A DNA stretch of 64,000 nucleotides. It comes from Tricharina praecox (taxonomy: Eukaryota). Under the pieces are notes generated by a model, which ran no database searches, had not been told where the DNA came from, and was given only the letters and a program-made list of their open reading frames with translations. Both the position numbers and the translations under genes were made by a program. The DNA is taken from NCBI RefSeq assembly GCF_024521635.1, contig NW_026250407.1, positions 992,001-1,056,000 on the forward strand, written 5' to 3'. Shown in pieces: positions 60,301 through 64,000 of this stretch (positions are counted from its first letter, which is position 1; each line of letters starts with the position of its first letter).

Positions 60301-62447
60301 ACCTACAGCTTTGAAAAACCTAGTTCGACTAGAGAGTTCAGCTTTATCGAGTCGCAGCTCACCGAGGGCGATCCCATCGTCGTTTCGGACGAAAAGGGCC
60401 ATATCGCGCTGGCTATCGGTTACGTCTTCCAGGTCCGCAGGGATAGAATCACGGTCCAGGTGGACCGTCGCCTGCATAATGCGCGTACCCGCCAGAATAA
60501 TTTCAATGCGGACAGTTACCAGGTCTTTAACGGCATTGTGGAGGTGAATGGTACCCCTAGGACACCAGCTGCTCTGTCACAACGACCAAGTGAAAGGGAA
60601 GAGATCTTCTACCGCATCGATAAAGACGAGTTCAGCAATGGCATGGCTGGTGTCCGGAATAATCTCATCCAGATTATGGCCAAGGAGGCTAATAGCAAGT
60701 ACCGTCGACTCATTACCGAACTCCTGCCGCCGGAATTCAAGGAATCGCCGACTGCGTACCAGCTGGACGAAGTGCCTGGCGCTGGCTCGTTGAATGAGGA
60801 CCAGAAGAACGCCGTTATCAAGGTCATGAGTGGTTAGTTCATCGATAACTGCTCTGGGAGCTTTGCTGATTCGTGATTATAGCTCGCGACTATGCGCTTG
60901 TCCTTGGTATGCCTGGTACGGGAAAGACAACAACCATAGCACATATCATCCGGGCACTAGTATCGCAGGGCAAGAGCGTATTGTTGACATCGTACACCCA
61001 CACTGCTGTCGACAACATTTTGCTGAAGATCAAGAACGAGAAATTTGGTATCCTGAGACTGGGGTCCCGTGCAAAGGTATGTTCATACGCAAGGTGCAGA
61101 CCAGATTGGGCTATGCTGACCGTCTTGATCGCCCAGATTCATCACGAGGTGCAGAATTTCGCGCAGCTGGCGGATACTCGCTATACCACCTTTGAGGAGT
61201 TGCGGATAGCTTTCAACCGACCAAAGGTGGTTGCAACAACCTGCTTGGGTATCAACCAGTGAGCTTCTTCTTCTCCCCCCGATCATCGCTTGCTTGCTAT
61301 GCTAACAGAGGTTTTCCGTAGTCCTATCTTCAGCGAGAGACAGTTCGATTACTGCATTGTAGACGAAGCGTCCCAGATCACGCTGCCAGTGTGCCTTGGA
61401 CCAATCCGGCTCGCCGAGGCATTTGTCCTTGTCGGTGACCACTACCAGCTACCGCCACTAGTCAAGAACCCCGAGGCCAAAGAAGGCGGGCTGGATATTA
61501 GTCTCTTCAAGCTGCTCTCGGAAGCACAGCCGCAGGCTGTCGTCAGCTTGGAACATCAGTACCGCATGTGCGAGGAGATCATGACGTTGTCGAATGAGCT
61601 TATTTACTCGGGAAGGCTCAAGTGTGGTACTCCGGAGGTGGCGAAGCGGGCTCTGAAAATACCCGACGAAAAGGGATTGAGGAAGCTTCACAGGGACAAC
61701 GATAGCACTAGTTACCAGAAGAAGTGTTGGCTGAAGGACCTGTTTGCTGAGGGCGTTAAGGCTTGCTTCGTGGATACCGATCGGGTTCCGGCAAGAGAGG
61801 TGAAGAAGGGTGATAGGACGATCAACCCCGTTGAAGCGGAGCTCACATATCAGGTAATTCCTTTAGGAGAGAAAGAGTGAGAGAGAGGAATCACGCTAAC
61901 AAAAACTCAGCTTGTTGAAGGCTTCCTAAGTTGCGGTGTCGACCCAAGTTCAATCGGAGTTATCACCGTGTACCGCTCGCAGTTAAAAACGATTCAGCAC
62001 CTCCTCCGGCACCGCGAGAAGGTCGAAATGCACACGGCCGACAAATTCCAAGGCCGGGACAAAGAGATCATTGTGATATCGCTTGTCCGCTCCAACGACC
62101 AAGGCACAGTGGGCGAGCTCCTGCGGGACTGGCGTCGGATCAACGTTGCATTCACCCGGGCCCGGTCGAAGCTCATCATTTTGGGATCGCGATCAACACT
62201 GAGCTCGAACGACCTGCTGAAGGATTTTGTGGGGCTGATGGAGAGGAATTCCTGGGTGTACACGCTTCCCGCAAATGCTCATCTTCACCATGTTGCTGCG
62301 GAATCGATGGGTGCCGCTTCTCCGAAGCGCACGAGGCAGACGACTGGAAAGGAGAATCAAAGATCGCCAAAGAGAATCGGTGGAAAGGTGCCGCAGGGCT
62401 TCTTGAATAGCAGGCCGATTTTGAAGGATATCATGAACGGCGGATAG
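57305..62447 (+). CDS. DNA2: Dna2 nuclease/helicase
   Basis: Disordered N-terminus, Fe-S cysteines (CMRK; CSRCYAKTSC), IEEHIWSPKYGLKGNIDAT...LELKTG nuclease motifs, GMPGTGKT, DEASQ, TADKFQGRDKE, NVAFTRAR. Multi-exon. Confidence 0.96.
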
Positions 62448-62965
62448 TCCTGCGGATTTCTGATTTTGGTTGATTACTTCTTGCTTAGTAGAGTGGATTG
62501 AATTGGAGTACTGGCGGTATCGAGATTTTGGAGTTTGAGATTTTATTTTTGACGTTTTGTTTATTCTTTTTATGCCGCTTGGATACTTTTTGGTGTGCTG
62601 TAAATATTGTGGGGTTTCTGTATTCGTACTTCAGGATCTACACTATAACCAATACCGCTTGACTGTCCCTGCGAAATGTCCCTGGGCAATGTCCCTGGAG
62701 AATCCATAAGCATGTTCTAGGCCCGCACATCTTTTCCACATTAATTCGCCCTCAAATGGTAGATATTACTCATTCCAATCCGTCATGTGATCACGCGCAG
62801 TGCAACTTTACACGCTTTGCCACCGCACCCTCAGACGACGCATCCGCATCCGCCCACACCCATACCCATTTCTCTTCCATCACTACCACCACCATCATCC
62901 ATCATCACCACCCATTTCGAACATACTGGCAACAGAAAACCGTAGCAAATACGACGACGACGACA

Positions 62966-64000
62966 ATGAGTGCTGAAGATCCGCAAGAAGGCTCTCAGCT
63001 CGATGACACTGCTTCGCAGTTCGGAGGTCCCGGGGCTCCTACGCCGCTAGCCCAGCTCGAGGTACGGATCACCTCCGGCAGCGCATGATTTCCCGAGATT
63101 TGCTGACGTCTCCGCGCAGGGGAATGGCATCAGTGCGCGCGACATCAAGACAATCATCGAGGCGGGCTACAACACCGTCGAGTCGATCGCCTACACGTAC
63201 ATGAATCCGCGGATCCCTGGCGGGGCAATCGCTGCAGCAGCATGCTGACATTATTGCGCAGACCGAAGCGGGCGCTCCTGACGATCAAGGGGATATCGGA
63301 AGCGAAGGCCGACAAGCTGATCCTGGAGGCGTCGAAGCTCGTTCCGATGGGGTTCACGACGGCGACGGAAATGCACCATCGCCGGAGCGAGCTGATTTCC
63401 GTCACCACGGGGTCGAAGCAGCTCGATACCCTCCTGGCCGGTGGCGTCGAGACCGGAAGTATAACCGAGATCTTTGGTGAGTTTCGAACGGGAAAATCGC
63501 AGATTTGTCATACGCTGGCGGTCACCTGCCAGTTGCCGTTCGATATGGGCGGCGGTGAGGGGAAGTGCCTCTTCATCGATACCGAGGGCACGTTTCGTCC
63601 GGTGCGGTTGTTGGCGGTCGCGAACAGGTTCGGCCTGAACGGCGAGGAGGTCCTGGATAATGTTGCGTATGCGAGGGCGTACAACTCGGACCATCAGCTG
63701 CAGCTGCTCAACCAAGCGGCGGCGATGATGACCGAAACCCGGTTCTCGTTGCTGGTGGTAGATTCCGCGACGTCGCTCTATCGTACCGATTTTGCAGGCA
63801 GAGGAGAGCTCTCGGCCCGCCAGGCGCATCTGGCGAAGTTCATGCGGACACTGCAGAGACTTGCGGACGAGTTTGGAATTGCCGTTGTCATCACCAACCA
63901 AGTCGTCGCGCAGGTCGACGGCGGTGGAATGTTCAACCCCGACCCGAAGAAGCCGATCGGTGGTAACATCATTGCCCACGCATCCACCACCAGATTGTAT
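62966..64000 (+). CDS. RAD51: Rad51 recombinase (3' end beyond the window)
   Basis: [15 protein letters not shown], Walker [57 protein letters not shown]. 2 introns near the 5' end. Confidence 0.97.

Overview
Eukaryotic genomic DNA from a filamentous ascomycete. Introns are short GT-AG type with CTRAY branch points. A SCAP gene argues against Aspergillus-type Eurotiomycetes; Pezizomycetes is my guess only. About 19 housekeeping or conserved genes are present: cyclin B, a HIT hydrolase, BUD32, a conserved hypothetical, NUP120, ATP10, GOS1, RPL35, a Zn2Cys6 transcription factor, NIP7, PUF6, a single-TM hypothetical, mitochondrial uL2, an LYR-motif protein, SCAP, an ankyrin protein, an ODC carrier, DNA2 and RAD51 (runs off the window end). 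Three non-core regions carry most of the unexplained structure. (1) About 17-25 kb holds a spliced gene apparently broken by a 5'-truncated LINE, an intronless uncharacterised ORF, a small TA-flanked MITE, a second LINE-like tail, and a putative spliced, structured, uORF-containing leader upstream of the Zn2Cys6 gene. (2) About 35-41 kb holds micro- and minisatellites and hairpin tandem repeats. (3) About 48-53.5 kb holds a 710-bp PIF/Harbinger-type non-autonomous element with TAA target duplication. I found no CRISPR array, rRNA, tRNA or confidently identifiable snRNA. All exon boundaries were read by eye and no database search was run, so family names rest on motif recognition.
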